Assembly: GCF_000014785.1 (NCBI RefSeq)
Contig: NC_008340.1
Span: 2,430,001 to 2,462,000 of the forward strand
DNA: 32,000 nt
DNA from: Alkalilimnicola ehrlichii MLHE-1
GTDB taxonomy: Bacteria; Pseudomonadota; Gammaproteobacteria; Nitrococcales; Halorhodospiraceae
Direction of reading: 5' to 3'
Shown here: positions 1 through 8,597 of the stretch, piece by piece
Position numbering within the stretch: the stretch's first letter is position 1
Layout of the letters: each line of letters begins with the position of its first letter
Position numbers and translations under genes: made by a program
Notes under the pieces: generated by a model
What the model was told of the DNA's origin: nothing
Databases searched by the model: none
Seen by the model: the letters and a program-made list of their open reading frames with translations, nothing else

Positions 1-4
1 CGAG

Positions 5-367
5 GTGCCCCAGCTCTGGCACCAGTTGCTCCGGCTCTCCGGGGAGGCCGTCTACCAGCACAAGCGCAGCCGTCTGGCCATGAGCCAAACGCTGGCCGAG
101 GCCCGGCTCGCCCACGCCCTGCTGGACCTGGCACACCGGATGGCCCGGCGCGGCATGTCCGCCCAGACCCTCGATCTGCCCATGCCGCGCCAGGAGCTGG
201 GCAATCAACTCGGCCTGGCGCCCAATACCACCAGCCGGGCCTTCCGTTTCCTGAAAGAGCAGGGCTGGCTGGAGGCGGACGGCCGCCAGATCACCCTGCT
301 GGACCCCGAGGCCCTGGCCAAGCTGGCGAACTGGTCGGAGCCTACGCCGACGGCTCGCTCGGCCTGA
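5..367 (+). CDS. Crp/Fnr-family transcriptional regulator, C-terminal HTH part (5' end most likely outside the window)
   Basis: Helix-turn-helix segment 'MPRQELGNQLGLAPNTTSRAFRFLKEQGWLEADGRQITLLDPEALAKLA' aligns with the FNR C-terminal HTH. The N-terminal sensing domain is missing at the window edge. Confidence 0.85.
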   Translation: MPQLWHQLLRLSGEAVYQHKRSRLAMSQTLAEARLAHALLDLAHRMARRGMSAQTLDLPMPRQELGNQLGLAPNTTSRAFRFLKEQGWLEADGRQITLLDPEALAKLANWSEPTPTARSA

Positions 368-815
368 AGCGGCGCTCGCCCTCCGCCACCAGCCCCGCCA
401 GTCGCAGCAGCGGTCGCCGGAAACGGGGGGGCAACGCCTCGGGATCGAGCTGGTCCAGGGCGTTCTTCGCCATCAGGCCCAGCTCGGTATCACCCTGAAT
501 ACTCAGCCGCCGCTGGAAGAAGAGCGTATCCGGGTCGGCGCACTCGCCGGCCATCAGCAGGAAGGCCCCGAGGTCGCCGCGGATGGAGGCCTCCGGCTCG
601 CACCCGTGGGCCGCCACCAGCCGCCCGTCCCGCCAGCTCAACGGCAGGGCCAGGCCCCAGTCCCTCAGCCGCACCTCCAGGCAGCGCGCCTCCAGGAAGT
701 CGAACACCCCATCCGCCAGGGGGTCGGCCAGTGCCTGGTTGATCAGCCCTACAAGCACCCGGTCCAGGCGCCGCTTGAGGAATCGTGCCCCGGGGGGCGT
801 TGGCAGATGCGTCAT
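342..815 (-). CDS. ubiT: SCP2 sterol-binding domain protein UbiT, O2-independent ubiquinone biosynthesis accessory factor; start placed at MTHLPTPPG rather than the longer ORF to 890
   Basis: Small SCP2-like sequence (DGVFDFLEARCLEVRLRDWGLALPLSW...ASIRGDLGAFLLMAGECADPDTLFFQRRLSIQGDTELGLMAKNALD) directly next to two U32-family genes. This is the known ubiTUV arrangement. Confidence 0.87.
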   Translation of the reverse strand: MTHLPTPPGARFLKRRLDRVLVGLINQALADPLADGVFDFLEARCLEVRLRDWGLALPLSWRDGRLVAAHGCEPEASIRGDLGAFLLMAGECADPDTLFFQRRLSIQGDTELGLMAKNALDQLDPEALPPRFRRPLLRLAGLVAEGERRFRPSEPSA

Positions 816-1750
816 ACCTGTTCCTCCTGCTCTTGTGCCTGGCGAGCCAGCCGTGCCATGCCAGCCTCGCCGAACCAGTAGCCATCGCAACAGGCCGCCG
901 GGTCCAGTCCCGGGATCAGGGCCGGCGCCGGCCGGCCCGCGGCGACCGCCGCGTAGGCGTGCACTACCGCGGCCATATCCTCGCCCCAGGGACTCAGACG
1001 GATGGCGGTGGCCCCCGCGTCGCGGACGGAGTCCAGGGCGTCCAGCAGGTGCAGCCAGCGGCCGGACTGCAGTTGGATGCCGTTGATACGCAGGAACTCA
1101 TCGCCGTCCCGGGTGGCCATGGGCAGGCCGCTGGGGTGTTCCAGGCAGCGAAAGCCGCATTGATCCTTGGGCCGGTCCACCGCCCGGGCGGTAAAGCACC
1201 GCGCCGACCAGGCCAGCGGTAGCGGGCCGAAGACCTGAACCTCGACCTCCAGGCCCTCGGCCGCCTGCCCCAGTCCGTCAACATTGTCGCGGACCATCTC
1301 CTCCGGCATCTCCACCGGGGGCACCCAGACCCGCATCCCCGCCGATTGCAGCACTGCCAGGGTGCGGGGGTTGTAGACATTCAGGGTGGGCCCGGCGACG
1401 AAGGCGGCACCCGCCTCCCGCGCCAACTGCACCGCCCCCATGTCGTTGGCCTCCACCCGGAATTCGCCGTTCTCGCACAGGCGCCGGACCACGCCCATCT
1501 CCGAACGCGCCTCCACCAGCGCCAGGCTGGAGAGCACCACCGCCTTACCGGCCTGGCGCAGCTCCCGGCCCAAGCCGATCCAGTCATCCAGGCTGAAGGC
1601 GCGGCGCTTGCTGCACACCGTCTCCCCCAGATAAACGGTATCCACCGGCCAGTCGGCCACCGACTGGTAGAAGGCGCTCAGGCGCTCGGCCGGCCAGTAA
1701 TAGGGCACCGGCCCCAGGGTCACTTGCATGGGCATTCGCTCCCGCATCAT
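812..1750 (-). CDS. ubiV: U32-family protein UbiV
   Basis: U32 protease-like fold motif set (LGPVPYYWPAERLSAFYQSVADWPVDTVYLGETVCSKRRAF) with conserved Cys. Overlaps ubiT and ubiU by 4 nt. Confidence 0.88.
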   Translation of the reverse strand: MMRERMPMQVTLGPVPYYWPAERLSAFYQSVADWPVDTVYLGETVCSKRRAFSLDDWIGLGRELRQAGKAVVLSSLALVEARSEMGVVRRLCENGEFRVEANDMGAVQLAREAGAAFVAGPTLNVYNPRTLAVLQSAGMRVWVPPVEMPEEMVRDNVDGLGQAAEGLEVEVQVFGPLPLAWSARCFTARAVDRPKDQCGFRCLEHPSGLPMATRDGDEFLRINGIQLQSGRWLHLLDALDSVRDAGATAIRLSPWGEDMAAVVHAYAAVAAGRPAPALIPGLDPAACCDGYWFGEAGMARLARQAQEQEEQV

Positions 1751-2757
1751 TGCCAGCTCCGGTGATAGGCGCCGAGGGTGGTCTGGGCCCCTTCCGACAG
1801 CTCCGCCAGGGTGCTCATCCAGTCCTCGCGCGGGCGAAAGCCGTTCCGGTCGGCCTGGCAGGCGTCGATCGCCTGGCGCCAGATCCGCGCCACCTGGGCC
1901 ACGTAGGCGGGACTGCGCTGGCGGCCCTCAATCTTCACCGCGCTGATGCCGGCGGCCATCAGCTCCGGCAGCAGGCCGAGGGTGTTGAGGCTGGTGGGCG
2001 CCTCCAGCACATGCCCGATCCGGTCGTCCACCCGGAACCGCCCCTTGCAGACCACGGGGTAACCCGCCTGCTCATCGTCCTGGAAGCGGTCGATGAGCAC
2101 GCCGTTGAGCCGCGACTCCAGACCGCGGGGGGTCTCCTGCCAGCGCACGGCGCTGGCAGGGGAACAGGCCCCGGAGCGGTTCGGCGAGCACCCGGTCACG
2201 TAGGAGGAGAGCAGGCAGCGCCCCTCGACCATGACGCAGAGGGAGCCGAAGGCAAACACCTCCAGCTCCACGTCGGTGCTCTCGGCCAGGGCCTGCACCT
2301 GGGCCATGGACAGCACCCGCGGCAGCACCGCCCGCCGGATGCCGAAGTAATCCTGATAGAAGCGCAGGGCCTCGGCGCTAGTCGCCGACCCCTGCACCGA
2401 GAGGTGGAGCGCCAGCCCCGGGTGGCGCCGGGCGGCGTAGTCCAGCACACCCAGGTCGGCGGCAATCAGCGCGTCCGCCCCCAGGTCGGCGGCCTGATCC
2501 ACGGCCCGCTGCCAGCGGGTCCAGCCCCGGGGCTGGGCATAGGTGTTCACCGCCAGCAACACCCGCGCACCCTTGTCCCGGGCGTAGCGCAGGCCCTGCT
2601 GCATCTGCTGATCGGTAAAGTTTAGTCCGGGGAAATGGCGGGCATTGGTGTCATCGCGCAGCCCCATGTAGACCGCATCGGCCCCGTTGTCGATGGCCTT
2701 GCGCAACCCCACCAGACTTCCCGCCGGGCACAACAGCTCCATAGCCTCTCCTCGCAT
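1747..2757 (-). CDS. ubiU: U32-family peptidase-like protein UbiU
   Basis: MELLCPAGSLVGLRKAIDNGADAVYMGLRDDTNARHFPGLNFT and FGSLCVMVEGRCLLSSYVTGCSPNRSGACSPASAVRW are typical UbiU/YhbU signatures. The annotated start may be 5 aa downstream (MELLCPAG). Confidence 0.92.
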   Translation of the reverse strand: MRGEAMELLCPAGSLVGLRKAIDNGADAVYMGLRDDTNARHFPGLNFTDQQMQQGLRYARDKGARVLLAVNTYAQPRGWTRWQRAVDQAADLGADALIAADLGVLDYAARRHPGLALHLSVQGSATSAEALRFYQDYFGIRRAVLPRVLSMAQVQALAESTDVELEVFAFGSLCVMVEGRCLLSSYVTGCSPNRSGACSPASAVRWQETPRGLESRLNGVLIDRFQDDEQAGYPVVCKGRFRVDDRIGHVLEAPTSLNTLGLLPELMAAGISAVKIEGRQRSPAYVAQVARIWRQAIDACQADRNGFRPREDWMSTLAELSEGAQTTLGAYHRSWQ

Positions 2758-2904
2758 TGGCCTCCGCCACCGGCCGAGCGCCGATATGGTCTATTAAGGA
2801 AGCGCTGAATCAACCGTCATCGCGAGCCCCACCCCCCGCTGCGCGGGCCCGAATCAACGAGGAACGGGGCACCCCTGTCATCGCCAGGGCCGAAGGCCTC
2901 CTCC

Positions 2905-3202
2905 CCGTCATCGCGAGGGCCGAAGGCCCGTGGCGATCCATAGCGGTAGACTGCCACGTCGCTTCGCTCCTCGCAGTGACGGTGGGGCGGCCTGGCCCTT
3001 CCTGCGCAGTCCAGTTCTTCAAGAGGGCCGAGGGCTTCACCCCGTCATCGCGAGGGCCAGAGCCTCCACCCCGTCATTGCGAGGCCCCCCGTCATGGCGA
3101 GGAGCCCCCGCCCCGTCATTGCGAGGAGCGAAGCGACGAAGCAATCCATGTCCCGCCAGTTGCCGTACCCTATGGATTGCTTCGCTTCGCTCGCAATGAC
3201 GG
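2905..3202. repeat. Cluster of dispersed bipartite palindromic repeats (GTCATYGCGAGG... family)
   Basis: Copy A at 2905..2982 (CCGTCATCGCGAGGGCCGAAGGCCCGTGGCGATCCA ... TGCCACGTCGCTTCGCTCCTCGCAGTGACGG). A long inverted repeat lies at 3113..3202 (CCGTCATTGCGAGGAGCGAAGCGACGAAGCAATCCAT ... ATGGATTGCTTCGCTTCGCTCGCAATGACGG). Partial arms lie between. Confidence 0.85.
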
Positions 3203-3463
3203 AGAAGGGACCTTCCCGCAATGACGGAGACGGTGCTCCCGGCAGCGACCCTGCAGGAACTCCCGCCCGCGCCGGCGGCCGGTGTCTTCGGCGTTTCCTT
3301 ATCCGGCTAAGCATGCCTCGCCGACACCCCCCAGGGATTGATCGATGGCAAGATTTCCCACACCTCTACTTAGGGATTAGCCGCCGGTTTGACCCCTTGG
3401 ATAAACGGCGTAAATTGGGAGTCAGAGCGGTTCACCCAACACCCAACGGGTCGGGAGGTCATC

Positions 3464-4519
3464 ATGAGCACGATGCAGGCAGCGGTCTTCGTCGAGCCTG
3501 GCCGCATCGAGGTCCAGGAAAAACCCATACCGGAGATCGGGCCCACCGACGCCCTGCTCCGGGTCACTACCACCACCATCTGCGGCACCGATGTCCACAT
3601 CCTCAAGGGCGAGTATCCGGTGGAACCGGGTCGGATCGTCGGTCATGAGCCGGTGGGGGTGATCGAGAAGCTGGGCGAGGCGGTGACCGGTTATGAGCCC
3701 GGTCAGCGGGTGATCGCCGGGGCCATCACCCCCTGCGGCCAATGCCACGCCTGCCAGGACGGGGTCTCCAGCCAGTGCGGCGGCAAGGCCATGGGCGGCT
3801 GGCAGTTGGGCAACACCATCGACGGCTGCCAGGCGGAGTACGTCCGCATCCCCAACGCCCAGGCCAACCTGACCCCGGTGCCGGACGAGCTGACCGACGA
3901 GCAGGTGCTGATGTGCCCGGACATCATGAGCACCGGGTTCGGCGGTGCGGAAAACGGCCATATCCGGATCGGCGACACCGTGGCCATCTTCGCCCAGGGG
4001 CCGATCGGGCTGTGCGCCACCGCCGGCGCCAAGCTGATGGGGGCCACCCGGATCATCGTGGTGGACGGGGTCCCCGAGCGGCTGGAGACCGCCCGCAAGC
4101 TGGGCGCCGACGTTGGCGTCAACTTCCGCGAGCAGGATCCGGTCGAGGCCATCATGGAACTGACCGGGGGACGCGGCGTGGATGTCGCAATCGAGGCCCT
4201 GGGGCTTCAGGAGACCTTCGAGGCCTGCCTGCGGGTGCTCAAACCCGGCGGCACCCTGTCCAGCCTGGGGGTCTACTCCGGAAAACTCTCCATGCCGCTG
4301 GACGCCATTGCCGCTGGCTTGGGCGATCACACCATCGTGACCACCCTCTGCCCCGGCGGCAAGGAGCGCATGCGCCGGCTGATGGAGGTGGTGGCCGCCG
4401 GCCGGGTGGACCTGACCGCCATGGTGACCCACCGCTACACGCTGGACCAGATCGTCGAGGCCTACGACCTTTTCTCGCACCAGCGCGACGGCGTGCTGAA
4501 GGTGGCGATCACCCCATGA
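3464..4519 (+). CDS. Zinc-dependent alcohol dehydrogenase (MDR family)
   Basis: GHEPVGVIEKLGEAV zinc site, CGQCHACQDGVSSQC structural-zinc-like region, MDR cofactor domain with ELTGGRGVDVAIEALG. GGGAGG RBS precedes ATG 3464. Confidence 0.9.
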   Translation: MSTMQAAVFVEPGRIEVQEKPIPEIGPTDALLRVTTTTICGTDVHILKGEYPVEPGRIVGHEPVGVIEKLGEAVTGYEPGQRVIAGAITPCGQCHACQDGVSSQCGGKAMGGWQLGNTIDGCQAEYVRIPNAQANLTPVPDELTDEQVLMCPDIMSTGFGGAENGHIRIGDTVAIFAQGPIGLCATAGAKLMGATRIIVVDGVPERLETARKLGADVGVNFREQDPVEAIMELTGGRGVDVAIEALGLQETFEACLRVLKPGGTLSSLGVYSGKLSMPLDAIAAGLGDHTIVTTLCPGGKERMRRLMEVVAAGRVDLTAMVTHRYTLDQIVEAYDLFSHQRDGVLKVAITP

Positions 4520-4902
4520 GTGAGCACTATCCCGACCCCCGTGCCCGGCAGCAACCGCCGGGCGCGGGCCAGAGCGACAGCGGCCGGCAGCTGGTGCTGG
4601 TGATCTACATCCTTTACCTGGTCGGCCTGTTCGTCATGCTGACCGCCATCGCCGGCCTGATCCTCGCCTACATCAAGCGGTGCGATGCCGATCCGGTCTC
4701 CGCCAGCCACTACCGCTACCAGATCCGCACCTTCTGGATCGGGCTGCTCTACTTCGTGGTGGGCATGATCACCACCCCGATCGGGATTGGCTTTCTCGTG
4801 CTGGTGCTGACGCTGCTGTGGTTTCTCACCCGCTGCATCAAGGGGCTGGTGCTGAACTCCGAGCGCCGGGCCATCGCCGAGCCGACCACCTGGCTCTGGT
4901 GA
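4516..4902 (+). CDS. Small multi-TM membrane protein, DUF4870-like
   Basis: MSEHYPDPRARQQPPGAGQSDSGRQLVLVIYILYLVGLFVMLTAIAGLILAYIKR...HYRYQIRTFWIGLLYFVVGMITTPIGIGFLVLVLTLLWFLTRCIKGL. ATGA overlap with the upstream gene suggests translational coupling. Confidence 0.75.
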   Translation: MSEHYPDPRARQQPPGAGQSDSGRQLVLVIYILYLVGLFVMLTAIAGLILAYIKRCDADPVSASHYRYQIRTFWIGLLYFVVGMITTPIGIGFLVLVLTLLWFLTRCIKGLVLNSERRAIAEPTTWLW

Positions 4903-4923
4903 CCAACGGCGGCCGGTGGGCCC

Positions 4924-5655
4924 TCAGTGGCCCACGTGGCCGATGAACTCCTGGAAGCGGGTGGAGGGCGGCGCCCGGAGCAACGCCCGGGCCGGGCCGT
5001 CATGGACGATGCGGCCCTCGTCCATAAACAGCAGGCGGCTGGCGGCCTCCTCGGCAAAACGCATCTCGTGGGTGACGATGACCATGGTGGTGCCCTCGTC
5101 GGCTAGGTCCTGCATCACCTTCAGCACCTCCCCGCGCAGTTCCGGATCCAGCGCCGAGGTGGGCTCGTCAAAGAGCATCACCTTGGGGTTCACCGCCAGC
5201 GCCCGGGCGATGGCCACCCGCTGCTGCTGCCCCCCGGAGAGCTCGGCGGGGTAGTGGTCGGCCCGATCCGCCAGCCCCACCCGATCCAGCAGGCGGTCGG
5301 CGAGGGCACGGGCCTCCCGGCGCGACAGCCCTTTCACCTTGCGTGGCCCGAGCATCACGTTCTCCCGCGCGGTCATGTGCGGAAAGAGGTTGAACTGCTG
5401 AAAGACCATACCGGTCTGCCGGCGCAGGTCCCGACGGCGCACCCCGGGCGCACCCAGCCGCCGCCCATCGATGGCCAACTCCCCGGTACTGGGCAGCTCC
5501 AGCACGCTCAGGCAACGCAGCAGGGTGCTCTTGCCGGAACCCGACGGGCCGACCAGCACCACCACCTCCCCCGCCTCCACGGTGAGGTCGATATCCTGCA
5601 ACACCAGGGTGTCACCGAAGCGCTTACCGAGTTTTCGGCATTTGATCAGGCTCAC
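4924..5655 (-). CDS. Polar amino-acid ABC transporter ATP-binding protein (GlnQ-like)
   Basis: Walker A GPSGSGKST, signature LSGGQQQRVAIARAL, Walker B VMLFDEPTSALDPE. Confidence 0.95.
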   Translation of the reverse strand: MSLIKCRKLGKRFGDTLVLQDIDLTVEAGEVVVLVGPSGSGKSTLLRCLSVLELPSTGELAIDGRRLGAPGVRRRDLRRQTGMVFQQFNLFPHMTARENVMLGPRKVKGLSRREARALADRLLDRVGLADRADHYPAELSGGQQQRVAIARALAVNPKVMLFDEPTSALDPELRGEVLKVMQDLADEGTTMVIVTHEMRFAEEAASRLLFMDEGRIVHDGPARALLRAPPSTRFQEFIGHVGH

Positions 5656-6314
5656 AGGATGCGCATCCTCTGCTCAATGGCGCGCATGATCATCGCCAGG
5701 GTAAAGGTCATGATCAGATAGAACACCGCCACCGCGGTCCAGATCTCCAGCGCCCGCCCGGTCTGGGCGGTGAGCTGCTCCCCGCGCTGGGCCAGCTCCG
5801 CCACCCCGATCACCAGGAACAGGGCGGAGTCCTTCAGGCTGATGATGAACTGGTTGCCCAACGGCGGGATGCTGCGCCGGAACGCCAGCGGCCCGACGAT
5901 GTGGAGCATCACCTGCGGATAGGACAACCCCAGCGCCAACCCGGCGTCGGTCTGACCCTTGTCGATGGAGAGCACCGCACCGCAGACGATCTCGGTGATA
6001 TAGGCCCCGGCGTTCATGGCCAGACAGATGGAGGCGGCGGCGAAGCCGGTGAGTACGATATCCAGGGCCATGGGCAGGGCGAAGTAGATGAACATCGCCT
6101 GGACCACGATGGGGGTGCCGCGGATGACGGAGACGTAGGCGAAGACGATCCAGTTGATGACCGGGATGCGGAAGGCGAGGATCAGCCCGCAGAGGGTGCC
6201 GAGGAGCAGGCCGCCGCCAATGCCCAGCAGGGTGATGTAGGCGGTGAGCTGCGCGCCGGCCAGCATCTGCGGCATGGCGTCGATGACCACATCCCAGCGA
6301 AACTCCATCCACAC
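5652..6314 (-). CDS. Amino-acid ABC transporter permease (GlnP/HisM family)
   Basis: LLLGTLCGLILAFRIPVINWIVFAYVSVIRGTPIVVQAMFIYFALP and GAYITEIVCGAVLSIDKGQTDAGLALGLSYPQVMLHIVGPLAFRRSIPPLGNQFIISLKDSALF are the classic permease motifs. Confidence 0.94.
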   Translation of the reverse strand: MWMEFRWDVVIDAMPQMLAGAQLTAYITLLGIGGGLLLGTLCGLILAFRIPVINWIVFAYVSVIRGTPIVVQAMFIYFALPMALDIVLTGFAAASICLAMNAGAYITEIVCGAVLSIDKGQTDAGLALGLSYPQVMLHIVGPLAFRRSIPPLGNQFIISLKDSALFLVIGVAELAQRGEQLTAQTGRALEIWTAVAVFYLIMTFTLAMIMRAIEQRMRIL

Positions 6315-6394
6315 CCCCTTGGTTCAGTCAGTCACACGGCCCCAGCGGCCGGCCCCTGACCGGACCGGCCGTCCCCCGAGATCACGAAGACAGC

Positions 6395-7138
6395 TCAGCG
6401 CGGGCTGGGGGCCTCGCCGAACCAGCGTTCGTACAGTTCAGCGTAGCGGCCATCCTCCATCATCCGCAGCAGGCCGATGTTGAAGTCGTTGCGCAGCTCG
6501 CTGTTGCGGGGGAAGGCCATGGCGTAGGACTGGGCCTCTAGGTTCTCGCCGACGGCCATCACCTCGCCGTCACCGGCGGTCTCGATATAGAACATCACGT
6601 TGGGGGTGTCGTGCAGGGCGGCGTCAACCCGGCCGGCGCGCACCTCCAGGTAGGCCTGTTCAGCGCGGGAGAAGCGGCGCAGCTGGGTGTCCGGCAGGTT
6701 GTCCGAGGCGTAGTCGTCGCTGGTGGTGCCGGTGGTCACCGCCAGGGTCTTACCGGCCAGGTCATCGATACCCCGCACCGTCTCGTTATCGCTACGCACC
6801 ATCAGCATCAGGCCGCTGTCGTAGTAGGCGTGGGAGAAATCCATGGTCTCCTCGCGCTGCGAGGTGATGGTGATGGCGGCGATGGCACCGTCCACGCGCC
6901 CGGTCTGCAGCGCGGTGATGATGCCGGAGAAATTCATCGTGTTGTATTCATAATCCCAGCCGTTCTCCTCGGCGATGGCCTCCCAGAGCTCGATCTCAAA
7001 GCCGGTCCATTCGCCGTCCTCTTCAAACATAAAAGGCACGAACCCGGAGGGGATAGCAATGGTCAGCCGATCGGCGTGGACCGGCAGCGCCAGTCCCAGC
7101 AGGACTAGGGTGAGCAAGGAAAATCGCAACCAACGCAT
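6395..7138 (-). CDS. Periplasmic amino-acid-binding protein (family 3 extracellular solute-binding, GlnH-like)
   Basis: Signal peptide MRWLRFSLLTLVLLGLALPVHA followed by DRLTIAIPSGFVPFMFEEDGEWTGFEIELWEAIAEENGWDYEY. First gene of the transporter operon. Confidence 0.93.
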   Translation of the reverse strand: MRWLRFSLLTLVLLGLALPVHADRLTIAIPSGFVPFMFEEDGEWTGFEIELWEAIAEENGWDYEYNTMNFSGIITALQTGRVDGAIAAITITSQREETMDFSHAYYDSGLMLMVRSDNETVRGIDDLAGKTLAVTTGTTSDDYASDNLPDTQLRRFSRAEQAYLEVRAGRVDAALHDTPNVMFYIETAGDGEVMAVGENLEAQSYAMAFPRNSELRNDFNIGLLRMMEDGRYAELYERWFGEAPSPR

Positions 7139-7255
7139 GATGCAGGCCTCCCTGTAATCGCCCGCTGACAAGGGCCGTCCTCTTGAAACTAGGCAGTCCT
7201 TCGCCCCGCGTCAAAGCCGGGGATGGCTCACCGTTCGAAAGGGGGCGGGCGCCGG

Positions 7256-7942
7256 TCAGGTTGGCCCGCCATCCGAACCATCGTCAACCTTGATCAGCCC
7301 CGGATCGTCTTCGGCGGGCCGGTTGACCCGGCGGGAGACCGGATAGGCGTACAGCCGTGCCGGGTCCAGACGCCTGACCGCTTGGCGGATCGCCCTGCGG
7401 TCACGCAGATCGGGATCCAGCCAGGCCCAACGGCACTCCGGATCCAACACCACCGGCTGACGGTGGTGAATATGGGCCAAGACAGGGGCGGCCGGCTCGG
7501 TGAGTATGGCGCAACTGCCCGGAGTACCGTCCGGGCCCGGGGTCCACAGCCCGGCAAGGAAGAGCACCGGAGCGGTCGCCCGTGGCCGTTGGGTGACGAA
7601 GTAGGGCTGCTTGCCTCCTTCCGCCTCCTGCCACTCAAACCAGCCGTCCGCTGGCACCAGGCAGCGGCGGCGCGCGAAGGCCTCACGAAAATAGGGGCTG
7701 GTGGCCGCCTTTTCCGCACGGGCGTTGATGGGCATGGGCCCTTCCCGGGCCCAGGCGGGCCGGAAGCCCCAGTGCAGCGCGGCCAGTTCCGCGCCCTTCC
7801 CGCCGTCACTCAGGAACGCCGGGATCGCGGTACCCGGGGTGATGTTGTAACGCGGGCCCCCTTCCGGGCCCACCCCCTGTAGCTCAAACCAATCCGCCGC
7901 GATCCGCTCCAGCGACGCCGAGAGGGCGAAGCGTCCACACAT
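7256..7942 (-). CDS. SOS response-associated peptidase (SRAP; HMCES/YedK family)
   Basis: MCGRFALSASLERIAADW start with catalytic Cys2, YNITPGTAIPAF, MPINARAEKAATSPYFREAFARRRCLVPADGWFEWQ, CAILTEPAAPVLAHIHHRQPVVL. Confidence 0.95.
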   Translation of the reverse strand: MCGRFALSASLERIAADWFELQGVGPEGGPRYNITPGTAIPAFLSDGGKGAELAALHWGFRPAWAREGPMPINARAEKAATSPYFREAFARRRCLVPADGWFEWQEAEGGKQPYFVTQRPRATAPVLFLAGLWTPGPDGTPGSCAILTEPAAPVLAHIHHRQPVVLDPECRWAWLDPDLRDRRAIRQAVRRLDPARLYAYPVSRRVNRPAEDDPGLIKVDDGSDGGPT

Positions 7943-8078
7943 CGTCCTGTCCTGCCTCAGTGCCTCTGCAATTCGACACCAGGGTACCGCGAATTCGCCC
8001 ATCAACGCCCCGTCCCTGCCGGACTGCCCCAGCACCGCGGGCCGGCCGCTTGAGTCCCGGCGGGAAAGCCCCCAAAGT

Positions 8079-8597
8079 ATGACCAGAGAGGGGGTGGTGA
8101 TGGACGAGTGGATTACGCGGGAACGCAAGAACCTGACTCAATTGGCGCAGCGGGTGCTGCTGAAGGCCAACCTGCTGGTGGGGCTGACCACCCTGGCGCT
8201 GATCGTCGGCTTCTACCTGGCGGCCGAGGCGATGGAGATCCCCTTCGGCATTGTCGTCTCTGTGCTGCTCTTCCTGATGCTGCTCGGGCCGCCGCTCTAC
8301 ACCCTGCTGGTGCATTCGGTACGCGGTCCTCTCTGGCGCCGGGCCGTGGCAGGGCGCATCCGCCGGCTGCGCGCCATCGGTTTTCTGACCAGCTATGTCG
8401 ACACCCTCGGCGAGCAGACCCTGGCCCGGCTACCGGACGAACCCCGACAGACCCTCGACAGGGCGCTGGAACAGGAACGGGAGGGCCGCCTCCCGCCCAC
8501 CCACCTCTACGCCGACGCCCTGTTCATCGCCCTGGCGGTGGACGCTGAGACCAGCGCCCGTCTGCCCCGCCGACAACGCCAAGGAGACCACTCATGA
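8079..8597 (+). CDS. Hypothetical membrane protein (two predicted TM helices); alternative start ATG at 8100
   Basis: ANLLVGLTTLALIVGFYLAAEAMEIPFGIVVSVLLFLMLLGPPLYTLLV hydrophobic hairpin. Overlaps the next CDS start by 4 nt. Confidence 0.7.
   Translation: MTREGVVMDEWITRERKNLTQLAQRVLLKANLLVGLTTLALIVGFYLAAEAMEIPFGIVVSVLLFLMLLGPPLYTLLVHSVRGPLWRRAVAGRIRRLRAIGFLTSYVDTLGEQTLARLPDEPRQTLDRALEQEREGRLPPTHLYADALFIALAVDAETSARLPRRQRQGDHS

Noticed and set aside
2905-3202. Possible CRISPR array in the repeat-rich region
   Set aside because: Repeats are not of uniform length or spacing, there are no unique spacers of constant size, and no cas genes are visible in the window.
2810-3314. Multiple overlapping ORFs (76-184 aa) such as 2757..3224, 2810..3040, 3045..3314 and 3094..3648, with peptide repeats like 'VIARAEGPW' and 'VIASEAKQSI'
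   Set aside because: These are translations of the intergenic palindromic repeats. Such 'RSEATKQSM' peptides are a familiar artefact of this repeat class and have no independent coding evidence.
3742-4902. 386-aa ORF overlapping the alcohol dehydrogenase in another frame
   Set aside because: Only its 3' part from ATG 4516 encodes a plausible protein (multi-TM). The upstream part is an Arg/Pro/Gly-rich shadow frame of the dehydrogenase.
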